Assembly: GCA_965113315.1 (NCBI GenBank) | Contig: OZ220365.1 | Strand: one strand, 5' to 3' | Length of the DNA: 64,000 nucleotides | Source: Podarcis vaucheri | Taxonomy: Eukaryota | In this document: one piece after another, positions 9,501 through 32,500 of the stretch | Position numbering within the stretch: position 1 is the stretch's first letter | Layout: the number at the start of each line of letters is the position of its first letter | Notes under the pieces: model-generated | Database searches by the model: none | Told to the model about the DNA's origin: nothing | What the model saw: the letters and a program-made list of their open reading frames with translations, nothing else | Translations under genes and position numbers: made by a program

Positions 9501-11799
9501 CTAGTCTTGTTAGTGAAGTTAAATATATAGAAACACGTTGCTTACTGCCACTTGTTGGACCTTAAAAACCCAAATATGAGTGAGGTTGTTTGGCATAATG
9601 AAAGTGGCTTTTGTGAAGCATACTAAAGGCCTTGCTTGTGTGTTGTTTTTTATAAGCCACTCTGTGTTCAACCCTGGCAAATCTGGAAGGTGAAGAAACT
9701 TTTGAGGCATCAATGTTGGGACAAGCAGAAGAAGTGGTTCAAGAAAGAATTTGTGATGATGAATTAATCTTAATCAAGAAGTAAGAATTATTCTCTTGCA
9801 TAAAGTATTGGCACCAGCATATTTTGCTACATCTTTAGAAATTTCCTGTTTGATAGTTGCCATGATGCCTTTTAAATTGTGTGAGCAGTTATATGTTTGG
9901 GATAGATTATTTTCACTCCTCTGTAATTAGTTTGAGACCATGAATTTTCTTGATAAACCTGGATACAATTCAGTTGTTAACTACATAATGAAAAATGAGT
10001 AACTCAAAAATACCTAAATAGGGTTGGTTAGATTAGCTATTAATTTTTTTTATAACTAACTCGGGAATAAGGACCTTTCACTTTGTCTTTCTGAAACAGT
10101 ACTAAGGCACGGACTACAGCCGCCATTATATTACGAGGGGCAAATGACTTCATGTGTGATGAAATGGAGCGATCCTTGCATGATGCTCTTTGTGTTGTCA
10201 AAAGAGTATTAGAGTCAAAGTCTGTGGTTCCAGGAGGTGGTGCAGTTGAAGCAGCGCTTTCAATTTACCTAGAAAATTATGCAACCAGCATGGTAAGTTT
10301 CTAGTTAATAAATGTTTGGAAACACTTCTGCCTGTGAACTTTGTTTTATTGTAGCTTTGGAGTTTTTTTTTTTCAGTTGAGAGCAGCCATAATTCACTTA
10401 ATAATTGTTGAAAGATGCATTGGGAATTTTAAAATGTAAGATTGATTTTAAAAATGGATAGGTTTATTCTGAATACCTATATGGGATCACTTCAACTAAC
10501 TTTCAGCACAATAGGCTATTTATTGCTAATAAGGCATTGTTATCTTGCATTACAGTTCTGAAATGCTAATATATAATTCTTTTTTAATTAGGGATCACGT
10601 GAACAGCTTGCTATTGCAGAATTTGCAAGATCACTTCTGGTTATTCCAAACACTTTAGCAGTCAATGCTGCTCAAGATGCTATAGATCTTGTCGCAAAAC
10701 TCAGGGCATTTCACAATGAAGCTCAAGTGAATCCAGAACGCAAAAACTTGAAATGGTAAGTGTCAGTGCAGAAAGAAGTGGAATTATTTGTCACAAGCCC
10801 AATGACCTATAGCTATCAAACATTCAATTCTAGTCTCAATATGCCAGCACTCAATACAAATCATCTTTAAAAAATGACTTAAACCCTGTGTCTGTAACGG
10901 CAGCTTTGCCAAGGTAGGTTTTTCTGGTGGTGTACTTCAGGTACAAGGTTGACAAAAATGGATAAAAGTTTGAGGAAGAGCACAGGAGCTAAATGTTGAC
11001 TTGCTCTTGCTGTATCAAAAATGTTACAAAATTGGGATTAAAAGTTACCGTATTTTTCGGACAATAGGACGCACTTTGTTTTAGAGGGGGGAGAACAAGA
11101 AAAAAAAATCTCCCCCTCTCTGCCCAGCGCCCCTTCAGTGAAGCGGCAGGAGGCGCTGCACAGAGAGGGGGAGAACTATCCCCCTCTTGTTTTCCCGCTC
11201 TAAAACATGGTGCTGTTTAAGGTACGTTCAGGCGGCTACCTTGGAAGCCTGGAGAGCGAGAGGGGTCGGTGTGCACTGACCCCTCCCGCTCTCCAGGCTT
11301 CAGGTTCCTTTCGACCTGCTCTTTGGGGCTGGCGGGGGGAAGCCCACCACCAGCCCCAAAGAGCAGGTCAGGGAGCAGCGGAGAGGCTCCTGCCATAGCC
11401 ACGCATCACCTCTCCAGCCAGGAGAGGGTCGCGGGGCTATGGCGTCTTCGCTCCATAGGACGCACACACATTTCCCCTTCATTTTTGAAGGGGAAAAAGT
11501 GCATCCTATAGAGCGAAAAATACCGTAGCTCTTCATTTGGGAATATTAAACCAGTCTAAAACAATTAACTTTGTTTTTAAAGGATTGGTCTTGACTTAAT
11601 CAATGGAAAGCCACGTGACAACAAGCAGGCTGGTGTATTTGAGCCTACTGTGGTTAAAACAAAGAGTCTGAAGTTTGCAACAGAAGCTGCAATTACTATT
11701 CTTCGAATCGATGATGTTATTAAGCTGCACCCTGAAAGTAAAGGTGATAAAGGCGGATGCTATGAAGATGCAGTTCATTCTGGAGCAATTGAAGACTAA
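1..11799 (+). CDS. TCP1: T-complex protein 1 subunit alpha (CCT1/TRiC alpha); 5'-partial, exons 1(end)-12
   Basis: Exons: 1-4 (end of exon 1, AACG|gtaaaa), 2148-2233, 3327-3455, 6217-6314, 7006-7116, 7404-7585, 8101-8227, 9281-9456, 9657-9780, 10100-10292, 10592-10755, 11583-11799 (TAA). All GT-AG and in frame. Encodes [39 protein letters not shown], the GDGTTS ATP-binding motif, VVPGGGAVE and [14 protein letters not shown]. Confidence 0.98.
1270..1401 (+). ncRNA. SNORA29: H/ACA box snoRNA, SNORA29-like copy A (TCP1 intron 1)
   Basis: 132 nt. Two hairpins (TCCCAT/ATGGGA lower stem; CTGCCAT/ATGGCAG), H box AAAGAA in the hinge, ACA at 1396-1398 followed by 3 nt. Co-linear paralogue of 4720-4851. 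TCP1 is the known host gene of SNORA20/SNORA29. Confidence 0.8.
1411..1664 (-). mobile_element. tRNA-derived lizard SINE (MIR/Squam3-like)
   Basis: Minus strand reads gagagccagtgtggtgtagtggttaagag (A box) ... gggttcgcgtctcc (B-box-like), with a (CTT)n tail at 1411-1425. Confidence 0.8.
3825..4394 (-). mobile_element. L2-clade LINE 3' fragment, interrupted by a hAT MITE
   Basis: Minus-strand translation [19 protein letters not shown]...[10 protein letters not shown] matches the L2/CR1-type ORF2 C-terminus; near-identical copy at 34934-35292. Confidence 0.8.
3901..4151. mobile_element. hAT-type non-autonomous DNA transposon
   Basis: TIRs CAGGGGTAGGCAAC / GTTGCTGACCCCTG; 8-bp TSD tgctaaaa/tgctaaag; inverted copy at 60840-61091. 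Confidence 0.85.
4720..4851 (+). ncRNA. SNORA29: H/ACA box snoRNA, SNORA29-like copy B (TCP1 intron 3)
   Basis: 132 nt; CTTCCCATTTGACTACCAC...GTGGCTATGCTTATGGGATA resembles mammalian SNORA29 as recalled. H box AAATAA lies 14 nt after the start of the 3' pocket strand; ACA at 4846-4848. Confidence 0.88.
6024..6169 (+). repeat. Perfect 73-bp tandem duplication in TCP1 intron 3
   Basis: 6024-6096 is identical to 6097-6169 (tgaacttatcacattaagaccg...gtaattttttcac). Confidence 0.95.
7117..7403 (+). other. U12-type (minor spliceosome) GT-AG intron, TCP1 intron 5
   Basis: 5' splice site GTATCCTTT; branch site TCCTTAAC at 7383-7390, 13 nt upstream of the end of the intron (TAG at 7401-7403). Confidence 0.93.
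8407..8490 (+). pseudogene. Degenerate, truncated SNORA29-like relic (TCP1 intron 7)
   Basis: cttccca..tgcc.c.ttat...aataag.ag and tgccataactgaaagcagtaga align with copy A (tgccatagtctgaaggagaaga). Lower stem and ACA box are lost; an old MITE-like repeat follows directly. Confidence 0.45.
9842..9970 (+). ncRNA. SNORA20: SNORA20-like H/ACA snoRNA, possibly degenerate (TCP1 intron 9)
   Basis: GAGCAGTTATATGTTTGGGATAGATTA resembles recalled SNORA20 GAGCAGTTATACGCATGGGATAAAATA. H box AGATTA at 9904-9909, ACA at 9965-9967. Same intron as recalled for human; stems are weak. Confidence 0.6.
11048..11525. mobile_element. Tc1/mariner(Tigger)-type MITE
   Basis: TA-CCGTATTTTTCG ... CGAAAAATACCG-TA termini with TA TSD; shorter relative at 14001-14168. 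Confidence 0.8.
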
Positions 11800-11945
11800 A
11801 TGCATTTTTATTCCAACTGTTCCTGTAAAAGTCTTTGTAGTCTTGTATGTACAAGTGTGTTAATGAAGCTGTTGCACTTCTGCTTAATTACTTAAAATTA
11901 AAAAAATGGCTGTGTCCTCATATTTGTTCTGATATTTAAGCACAC

Positions 11946-11951
11946 AATAAA
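11946..11951 (+). terminator. TCP1 polyadenylation signal
   Basis: AATAAA about 150 nt after the stop; ATTAAA alternative at 11897-11902. Confidence 0.6.
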
Positions 11952-12390
11952 ATGCAAGGTGGCTAAGAGCTTTTGAGGGCTTAAACTGAAGTCACTATCC
12001 AATGCTTTTGGTTCTCTACACCAAGGAATGCTGTGCAGCCAAAGTAGCAGTACCCAAGGTTTCTGCTCTGTGCTGGGGTGGGGCAAGCAACAGCTTAACT
12101 TTTCCTGAAGTCAAGAGACTGATTCTGCCCACTAAGGTGCTCTCTGCAGCAGCCAGCAGAGGGATTGGCCATTTTAAGCCATATTTATCCTGTGACTATA
12201 TGGATCTCAGTATATATGACTTGTTTATATACAACACAGTACTAGTAATTCAAAGTTGGTACAGCATTTGCAGTGATGGAACTGAGATAGTGACGTGGTC
12301 ACAGTAATTGAAGGAAGAGGCGGCAGTTAAGACAGTTTCAGTTTTAATTAGAAGCCATGCAAAAAATACAGAATTACCGAAACACTTCCA

Positions 12391-23573
<11,183 letters not shown>

Positions 23574-23850
23574 GCCTCCTCCAGGTCCTGCTTCGGCGGC
23601 TGGTCCTGCTGCACCTTACGCCTGGCCCTTAAGCCGCCTCGCGCCGCCCTAAAATCCCACGCGCGTTCTCATTGGCTGCGCGGGGCTACTCCCACCCCCT
23701 CAAGCGCCTCAGTCACGGAGGGCTCGGCTGAGCGTACTGTCACGTGACAGGCGGGAGGCGGGAGGTTGCGTTTTCGCTTCGCGAGAGGCTTTGAAGGTGA
23801 CGCCGTCTCCGTGCCGAAAAGATGGAGGATGCAAGTGTGCAGGAAGCTTC
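23574..23850 (-). promoter_or_regulatory. ACAT2 CpG-island promoter and 5' UTR
   Basis: CCAAT box (ATTGG at 23671-23675), palindromic E-box GTCACGTGAC at 23739-23748, GC boxes at about 23750-23765. Confidence 0.75.
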
Positions 23851-23864
23851 ACCGAGGACTTGCA

Positions 23865-24064
23865 AAATTGTCCAGTAGCACCTTAGAGACCAACTAAGTT
23901 TGTTCTGTGTATAAGCTTTCGTGTGCATGCACACTTCTTCAGATGCACACGACAGCTTATGCCCAGAACAAACTTAGTTGGTCTCTAAGCTGTTACTGGA
24001 CTTAAAAAAAAAAATTATATATATTTCGACTGCGTCAGATCAACACGGCTACCTACCTGAATCT
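23865..24064. mobile_element. Palindromic Penelope-like element fragment with a minimal hammerhead-ribozyme core
   Basis: 11-bp TSD gaggacttgca (23854-23864 / 24065-24075); inverted arms spanning 23870-24001; minus strand reads CTGAAGA-AGTGTGC-ATGCACAC-GAAA-GCTT at 23909-23946. Confidence 0.75.
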
Positions 24065-25125
24065 GAGGACTTGCAGTTATCACTCCCTCAGCTTTCCTCC
24101 CAGGAGCCCATGGGAGGTTAACACAGGGTTTCCCCGCTGAAGCGATTCGAAATGATCGATTTATTATCGTTCCTATTCCCTGCCCCCACCCCTTAAGGAG
24201 ATCAGACGAACATTTTGTCCTCACAATAGGGTCCCCAGCTTGTGCGTGCTTGCTTTCGGAGCGCTTCCCTAGAAAAGCACAGCTTCACATATTCACATGG
24301 AAAACTCTATATGATTTGTGTAATGTGCACATTTGTATTCTGTTTTGCAGATGGGGTGGAGGGGCTAAAACAGAACAGGCCACAAGCAAGCACCTGGCAG
24401 GGTGTCAACAGGCGAAGCTTTCTCTGTAATTTTATTTCTGTACTATAAAAGGCACAACAGGATGCATTTCTGCCTCTGTAAGGGGACAAGAGCACTGCTC
24501 TCCCCCAGTGCTGATCCAAAACCATGCATAGGACCCCAGTTTTAAGAGTTGTAAACCAGTTATCACCGTGGCTCATAAATTTATCATCAGCTGGCAACCC
24601 TAACCCAACAGGCATGGTAATTTCAGATTGGGTTAGGGTCAAAAGAGATTTGCAGCAACTAAAGTTCAGGTGCCCTTGCATGGATAAAAAGGAAGCTGTT
24701 AATCTAAAGAATATTTGTTGTAATTATTTGTTGTTACTTGTTTACAACATAACAACTATAACAATGTTATCAGCACAAGTCAAACAGCCAGCTGCTTCTT
24801 TTTCCAGGGAGAATCCTTAAGTTCTAGACACCTTAACATTAAATCAGACATGAACTCTAGAACTCTAGAAAGTAAAGTCTCAACCAAGACCTAGAAGAGC
24901 CATGCCTACTCTTAACTTTTCCTTTCATATTTCTTAATACCTAAATCATCAGCCAATTTGCTTTAAAATGCAGACTCATTCTTAACATTATAATTATAAT
25001 AATTATTAAATTTATTACCCAGCCTTCACCCTAAGGTCCTATGACAGGTTACAACAATTAAAAATACAGTTTACAACACTTAAAAAGCTTACAATTAAAA
25101 AATGCAATAGCAAAAAAACCAGTGT

Positions 25126-26259
25126 TGGTCCTGAAAATATATATTTCAAGGGTCCTAGACCAGGGTAAAGACCTGCATCTTCAGGATTCACCAAAAACAT
25201 TGTACACTGAAGATTTGTTTTTCTGCTTTGCTGAAAGTCATTGTGCAAGATAATGATATTCCCATTAATTTCTTCCTTGTTGATCTGATTTGCCAATAGA
25301 AGTTCCCATAAGAGCATGCAAACTAGTGTGCCTTAAACTCAGCACATAAACAGAGTTTGGCTCTGGAACCTGTTTTCAGTGCCAGGATTCAACCCTGGAA
25401 CATATGATGCAATACTAAAGAGTATCCAACCAGATAAATACCATGAATTACTACATAGTATGTAATAAAACTATATTAAATTCTGTCTTATAAAAGATCT
25501 GATCAATCACATGCATGACAAATCGCATTGAGCTCCATTGTGAACTACTAGTCCATTTGTGGTAGTAAACCTCTAAGTTACAGTGAAGAACCCTGCCTTT
25601 CCCCTTTTTCTTGTTACCAGATGGGTAAATACTGCATCCCAACTTTCCTCTTATCTCCCAAAATTTTCTATTTCATGACATGGAACCTTTTCTGGTTTTT
25701 CCATTTCTGCAAAGTTGGGCCTTTAAGACTCTGCCTCATAATTCCTATTTGATAACTCTCCACTTATTCACCCCAATCTCTGCAATGGTAATTAAGTATA
25801 ATTAAGTATATTTTCCAGGCACTGTATATTGTCCAGGCCTTGCTTGTGTACAGCATTATTCTATAGTGGTGTTTCAAGCTTCAAAACTGTATTATTACTT
25901 GCGAATCATTTTGTATTGGCATGAAGCCAGCTCTAAACTTTTAGTCATTTTAAAATAAATATTACAATTATAACAAGCAGCAGCAAGCATACCAATATTG
26001 GTCTGTGTTAAATTCCCAAATGGCGTAAGGTTATCAAAGCCAATACAAGTGCATATGTGGACATAATAATTTCCAGTAAAGAATCCATGAATACTACTTT
26101 TTTATTCTGCTAAATTAGCCCTTCAGTGAACATGTGTGCAAGAGATGTTTGCGTAAATGTGTGTGCTAATGCACTAGCAGATCTGGTGGTACTACCATTT
26201 GGCCTGCTGCTGTAAGTAGATGGTCCTGAAAATATATATTTCAAGGGTCCTAGACCAGG
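25126..26259 (+). repeat. 39-bp exact direct repeat pair (25126-25164 and 26221-26259)
   Basis: tggtcctgaaaatatatatttcaagggtcctagaccagg occurs twice. Confidence 0.9.
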
Positions 26260-28323
26260 AAAGCAAGGAAAGGCCTGCTACCCAAAGCCTCTGACAGGAG
26301 AGCATCCTTGTCCCAAATGGGCTATAGTTCATTGATGATATGTTCTAGCTAGCAGATGTAGGTGACAAATGGTGCTCTGTCACTTTCTCTTCTGTTTTTC
26401 AAAGGAGACTTCTTATTCTTGAGTATTCACGTTACAGATGCTGATAAACAGCAGTAAAGCAGTGCAGGCTTATAGCAGCCATACCACCTTCCCTTTCCTT
26501 TGTGAAATTCAGTTTGTTAAGTAAGTAGGCGCAAGGCAAACTTCTGTTTCTCCACCTGAGTCCCCTATGTGCAATATGGGAATAATAATAATTGATCCTA
26601 CAGCGATAGTGTAAAATTACTGATATTCTATGTGAAGTACTCTGAATATTCTAAAGTACTGTATAAAATAAAGAGATATAATATGGGTTGTTTAAGTTGT
26701 TCTCTTCCCCTCCCTCTCATCTCCTTGTGCACTCCCTCAAATCTGCTCTGTAGGGTTAGGGAAACCCCTAAAACAGATTGGGGGCTGGATGGTAGGAGAG
26801 GGAGGTACAAGGGCACAAGAGGAAGTCCTTACATGACTGGAACAAGTTTGCTGGATACCATCCTATGTCATCACTGCAAATGATGGTCAAATGTCACATT
26901 AAGGTGAACAGCTAGTGTAATCAAATAATAGAGAGTTTAGAAAAGTTGGTAAATCAGCAACTATGAAAGTCAAGAGGTCCTTCTGAAGGTGAATGCCAGC
27001 AAAAATTTGAAGCCAAGAATCTACCACTCTTGGTGCACTAAGTAAACATTAACAAATAGTTGCAGGGGTGTATGTGTGGATATCAGTAGTTCATTTCGTA
27101 ATGCCTTTTTGTCAAAACGATCCTGTGTTATTTCAATAAAAACTGCTGACGTCTGAGGGGATACTCAAAAGTGTATTCAGGATAGTAGTCACAATGAGAT
27201 TTTATTTTGCTCCTCCAACTTTTTAAAAACACCCCACTACCACCAATATAAACATTACTAGCACCTTGAACCCAGTGTTGCTTGGGAATACTAATGCACT
27301 AAAAATCAGTGCAGTTTTAGAAGTTTCAGTCCATCATACTGATTTAAAATGACATGCATACATAGACACAAACCTGCTTATTGATCTCAGGAACCGTCAT
27401 GTAAAATTTGGTTACGATATCTTACGAGGTTTCCAAATGCAGAACAAACAATATAGTTACATAATGTGTGGCTGCATTTTCCACATCACATGCCTTTTTA
27501 AGAACTTGAAGATTTATTAAGAAGTCAGAAGTGTTAATGGTTCTTATGTATCACAAACAATTCTGCAACAGTTTAGAAAACTGAAATACATCAACTTATT
27601 AGAACAGTTCTGACTACAAATTTTGCATCAACTTAAAACAATTAGTGAATAAAATATGGTTCTAGATTGGGGTATTTCCCCATTTGATTTCACTATTAAA
27701 CAGTGTGTACTTACTATATTTGGTGGGACTACTACTACTGCAGCAGCTTTCCAGTGTGGTAGTTGTGGTCCCACCACCAATGATAAAGCTGAATTTCACA
27801 GACCACCTGAATGGAGCTCATAGACTACCAGTGGCTCACAGAATACTATCCGAGAACCTCTGACATAAACATTATCCAATATGATTGGATTGAATTATAA
27901 TCCCCTTCACAGTAGTTACTCCTGTAACTACGTATTTACACTGGGGCATTGTTTCTTGTGAGTTCCCAGCCACTATGTTAAGACTACTCCAGTCTCCAAT
28001 GCTTTAAAAGCTATGAATTCCAGCTGTGACATCTGCTTCACCTTTCTTGTGTCCTGATCTTATGAGTTATGACCACCTATTATCTAATATAATTTGATAC
28101 ATATCCTCCAGGATTAATATTCCTTGTTTTGAGGCTGCCTTCATGAACAGTCGCCCACTGCCTGGACCCTGGACCTCCTATGAGTCTCTCCCTTTGCAAT
28201 TGTTGACCACTTGTGACCTCTTTAGGCAACTCTGCTTGTCAGTAAATTTCTGAACAAGCTCATCTTATTGGCCCTAGTTCTGTTAAAGGTTGTTCATACC
28301 ATGACTCACCTTGATACTGTTTT

Positions 28324-28925
28324 CATTTTTTTAAATAAGATATTAAGATTTTTTAAAGTATAACAACAACAAAATAACAAAAAAACCAAAATAAAAATAA
28401 TTAAAAAATCACACAGATTTTCCATTACTTATTTTCCTTTAGCTTGTTTCCCGGACCTCCTCATACCTCCCTTTTTTGTATTCCACTTCCATCTGTTGGA
28501 TCAGCAAATCCTTACCCTCTTTAATTATCCTAATCTTGATCTTAAAAATAATAGCATTAAATTTTTACCTATTTATAAACCTTTTTTCATATTCCCTTAA
28601 AGCATTACAGCTGAAAACCACTTAATTTCTATCCAACATCATTCTAACATTCATTAATTTTACAATATTTCTGTAGGTAATCTTTAAATTTCTTCCAATC
28701 TTCTTCCACCGACTCTTCTCCCTGGTCTCGGATTCTGCCAGTCATTTCTGCTAGTTCCATACAGTTCTGTTTCTAGTTTTGATTTTTCCACCTGGAAACC
28801 AATTTTCTTGTCCGAATTATATGCCTCCATTATCTGATAATAATGAAGCCAATCTCTCACTTTGTTTTTTAATTTCTCAAAACTCTGCAATTTCAATTTG
28901 TCTCCTCTGTTTTCAATCTTCACTT
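28324..28925 (-). mobile_element. L1/Tx1-like LINE 3' fragment with an internal deletion
   Basis: ORF 28684-28923 (KLKLQSFEKLKNKVRDWLHYYQIMEAY...) is joined to an EEDWKKFKDYL-type C-terminus in another frame, followed by an A-rich 3' UTR. Confidence 0.65.
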
Positions 28926-30824
28926 TTCTTCGACTGCCACATATAGCCTTCCTTCTGATTTTTTTTAAAAAAAGAGAATAGTGAAGTAATAGTTTCTGTG
29001 AGTACTCCTACAGCTTAAAGTGTAAATTTAACTATTCTCTCCTCCTTCATCCCTGTAATAAAACCTGGGAGTTGTAATGCCAGAGTAGTGCCAGGACCCC
29101 CGAGACACAATTCCCTCATATTTCTGTAGAGCTACAATCTCCAGAGGACCTTAGCATCATCCATAACAGTTTAAGGTGTCAATGCTAAGTACCTTACCTG
29201 GGAGTAAATCTCATTGAACGTATTGATTTAGGGTCACTTCTGAGTAAATAAGGATGATGTTTACACTTTGTCGTTTAACTAAATAATAGCACCACAGACA
29301 CACGTGAAGATGCTCTTCCTGTTGCATCACCATCCTTAGCAGATACAAGTATGGAAACCCCATGATGAAATTTTAAAAACTGTAGGAATGATGCATAGGT
29401 ATATTCCAGATACTTTGAAATACTATTAGTGTTAGATGAGGGCTTCCATGTCAACGTACTAATATTTACACATGGAAAACAAGACATTTCCACGGAATTA
29501 CAACATGGATTGCTACTGGTAAGTAAACCCTGGTAATTCTACCAGCCCTATAGGGAACAGGCACACTTTTCCCCTTAAAAAAATGTGTTTGTGGAGTTAG
29601 TTAATTCCAGAGTTCTTTTTCTGTTCATAATATAGCAGATCTGCCCTCTAGTGATGAGTGTACTTTATTTATTTATTTTACTCCTGCCAACGTGCTGGAG
29701 GCAACACTGCTAAGAAAACACAGAAAGGGTTGTTGTTGTTTTACAAAGGTTGAAACTACAATAAAACACTTTAATAAATTCCTTCTCACATTTCTTTGCA
29801 TAATGCCCATTGCCATTGTTCACAAGTTACATTTGTCCCACTTTAAATGTCACCAGAATAATACAATTTATTTCTCAAAATTTTGAGGCTAAGGTTCTTA
29901 AAAAAAGAGATAGATAAGAGAGAACTGAAAGGTTGGGAGGGAACTGAATTATATGCAATACTTACTTTTCCTTCCAACCCTAACTCAAGGCTAGACCAAG
30001 ACATTTTGCTACCTGAAACAAAAGTACACGATGACATCCCTTATAGCAGCTGCTATAATCATAGATTTATAAGGGACCCTGAGGATTATCTAGTCTAACT
30101 CCCTGCAATATAAGAATGTGCATAATCTTGGCATTATGCCTCTTCTTCAATTTCTAAATCCCAATTTGATCCCCACCAATTTTTTTTGCAGAGATATCTT
30201 TGATCACAAGGCAGACAATACCCATGACCCCAGGACTGGCTCTGCTTAACCTGTACAGGACATACCACAAATTAGAAACAAAGAACTTAGAACCAATTTG
30301 TTAACCGTGGCAAGGACAACCATTGTCAGGACTGGTGGTATAGGGTGATCTGGCAGGTAGCATTATTGGGGAAATTGACATGAAAATTGAAGATAGCAAG
30401 AGGCATGGGGAAATATAGTAATTTTTATGCAGTCTGGGGTGACTTTGCAGATTATACAAAGAATGAGGCATATAGCAGAACGGTGCCTATGGCCTACAGC
30501 AGAGTTTGGCTTGCATGAAGCACATATTTTAATTATTTTTTCTCCTCCCTTCCTGCTTTTGTATAAACCCTGCAGACCACTGATGCTGATACAATAACTT
30601 TTTAGCTGTGGACAACCATTCAAGTGATGGTGGCTAATATGTATTAATTTGTGTTTGTTATACTCTTTGACAAAGTGCTGTAGGGTATTCATAGATGATT
30701 CTCTATATGTAGTTGGTTTATCTTTGTTTAAAATGTTTTGGTTTTTTTTTAGAAAAAGTGACAACTTTCACCTGTTGTTTTTGTTTCAACACTCAAGTTT
30801 TGCCTCTGACCACAAAGACTGTTT

Positions 30825-31002
30825 CATAGCTGTCAACCTTCCCCCTTTTTACGAGAAATTCCCTTATTCCAGTGCCGTTTCCCACTGCTATCCCAGATTG
30901 TTCGATATCCCGTAGACTGTCCCTGGGACAGGTGAGGCTGCTGGTCCCTTATTTTTGAGGCTGCTGATCAATTATTTTCAAATTTGAAAGTTGACAGCTA
31001 TG
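30825..31002. mobile_element. hAT MITE (CATAGCTGTCAAC TIR)
   Basis: TIRs CATAGCTGTCAAC/GTTGACAGCTATG; perfect 8-bp TSD gactgttt. Confidence 0.88.
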
Positions 31003-31399
31003 GACTGTTTAGCTATGGTGGCTAACTTGAGAAGAATCCCTTTAAAAGATATTCTATATCCTGTGCCCGTGAATTCCATAAATTAATCGCAAATCCTCTG
31101 AATACTGTAAATTTGTCAGTCCTAAAGTTAATGCCAATCAACTTTACTGGTTCCCTTCCAGTTAACCTCATGGGTACAGCTAAAAAGATACAACTTGTCA
31201 AGATCCTGGATGCAAACATAATTCTGCAATTCCACTTATTTCAGTGGGAGTTACGTGCACTTCGTAACTCTAACCCAATATTACAGGCCGATCGCGTGCA
31301 CGGTTAGACGACCCTTCAATGCCACCGATTTCCAAATTCTGCATAGGAACGGACTCGACTGCTCCATTTTCACTCCTTCCGAAAATAAGCCTGTGGACT

Positions 31400-32500
31400 C
31401 AAAAGAAATCCCTGCGTAGGAATTTCACCGCGTCCGATGCAACTATCTTTATCAAGCACCATCAAGTCTCCTTCCGCCTCGCTCGGCCTCACTCCTGCAG
31501 GTGGTTAGAGACGATACGATTCCGAATCCTTCCGCCGACGCTACTACCACCCTGCTTCCTCCCATCATGCTTTGCAACTGCGTAGAGACGCGGGACTGGA
31601 GCGGGGCATTCAGTCGTCGTCCCCCGCTAACTTTGGCCGAATACTTACGTCTCACCCCACCCCCCCCCTTCTCCGCGCAAACAGCGGCTTCTTTCCGCAG
31701 AGAGAACAGAAAAGCAGACCGAACCAAGGAAGGAGGCGGGGGGGGCAGTAGCGCCGTGCGATGGAAGTAGTCCCGGCGCCAGGCAAAGCGCTGCTGCAGG
31801 GGCAGTTGCTCGCTCGCTGGGCCGGTAAGTGTGAATAAGGCGGCGCGAGGGAGCGCGCGGCCGAGGGAGGGGGAGGAGCCGTGGGTGAGTGGCAGCGGTT
31901 GGCTCGGCGCTGCGGGCGGCTCTGCCTTCTCGCTAGGACCAGGCGGGAGGCAAGGAAGGGGCGAGGCGGCGGCTCCTCTCATTTCCCTGTCCGGCGCCAT
32001 TTTGTAGCGCAGCGAAGCAGCAAATAAAGAGCGGGGCGGGAAGCGAGCGTGGTGTTGCTGGCGCGGCGGCGACGGCGGTGTTGGCGGCGGCGGCCTTCTC
32101 CAAGCAGAGGTGCTGCTGGGCCCGCTTGATTGATGCGACACGAGCCCCGGCGTGGAGGCACCCGCTGCAACCGGGAGACGACGACGACGGCGACGACGCC
32201 TCGGGGCCGCCACGGGCGGGAGGTGAGTGGCGGCCTCTCTCCGCTTCCTCGCGCGCGGGCCGCATCCGCCCGCCGCAGTCCCCGCTACTACGGCTCCCGG
32301 AGAGACCCGAGGCTCGCCGGCCCTGAGCGAGAAGAGGCATCCATCCCACGGGCGGGGCGGGGAGCGCCTTCCCGGACTAACGTAACTCAAGCGGGGGGGC
32401 CTTAAACTCGGCGCCTTTTTCTGCGTTACGGGCACCCGTTACGGGCATTTCCTCATGGCTGTCGTCACCCCCCTCAAAAAAACCTCCACACACCCCCCCC
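31400..32500 (+). promoter_or_regulatory. WTAP: WTAP CpG-island promoter and non-coding first exon(s)
   Basis: Very CpG-rich; YY1 motif CGCCATTTT at 31995-32003; GC boxes; candidate donors GAG|gtgagt (exon end 32222) and CCG|gtaagt (exon end 31824). Confidence 0.8.

Noticed and set aside
31452-32435. 327-aa minus-strand ORF antisense to the WTAP promoter
   Set aside because: Low-complexity Pro/Arg/Ala sequence expected from a stop-poor CpG island; no recognisable domain.
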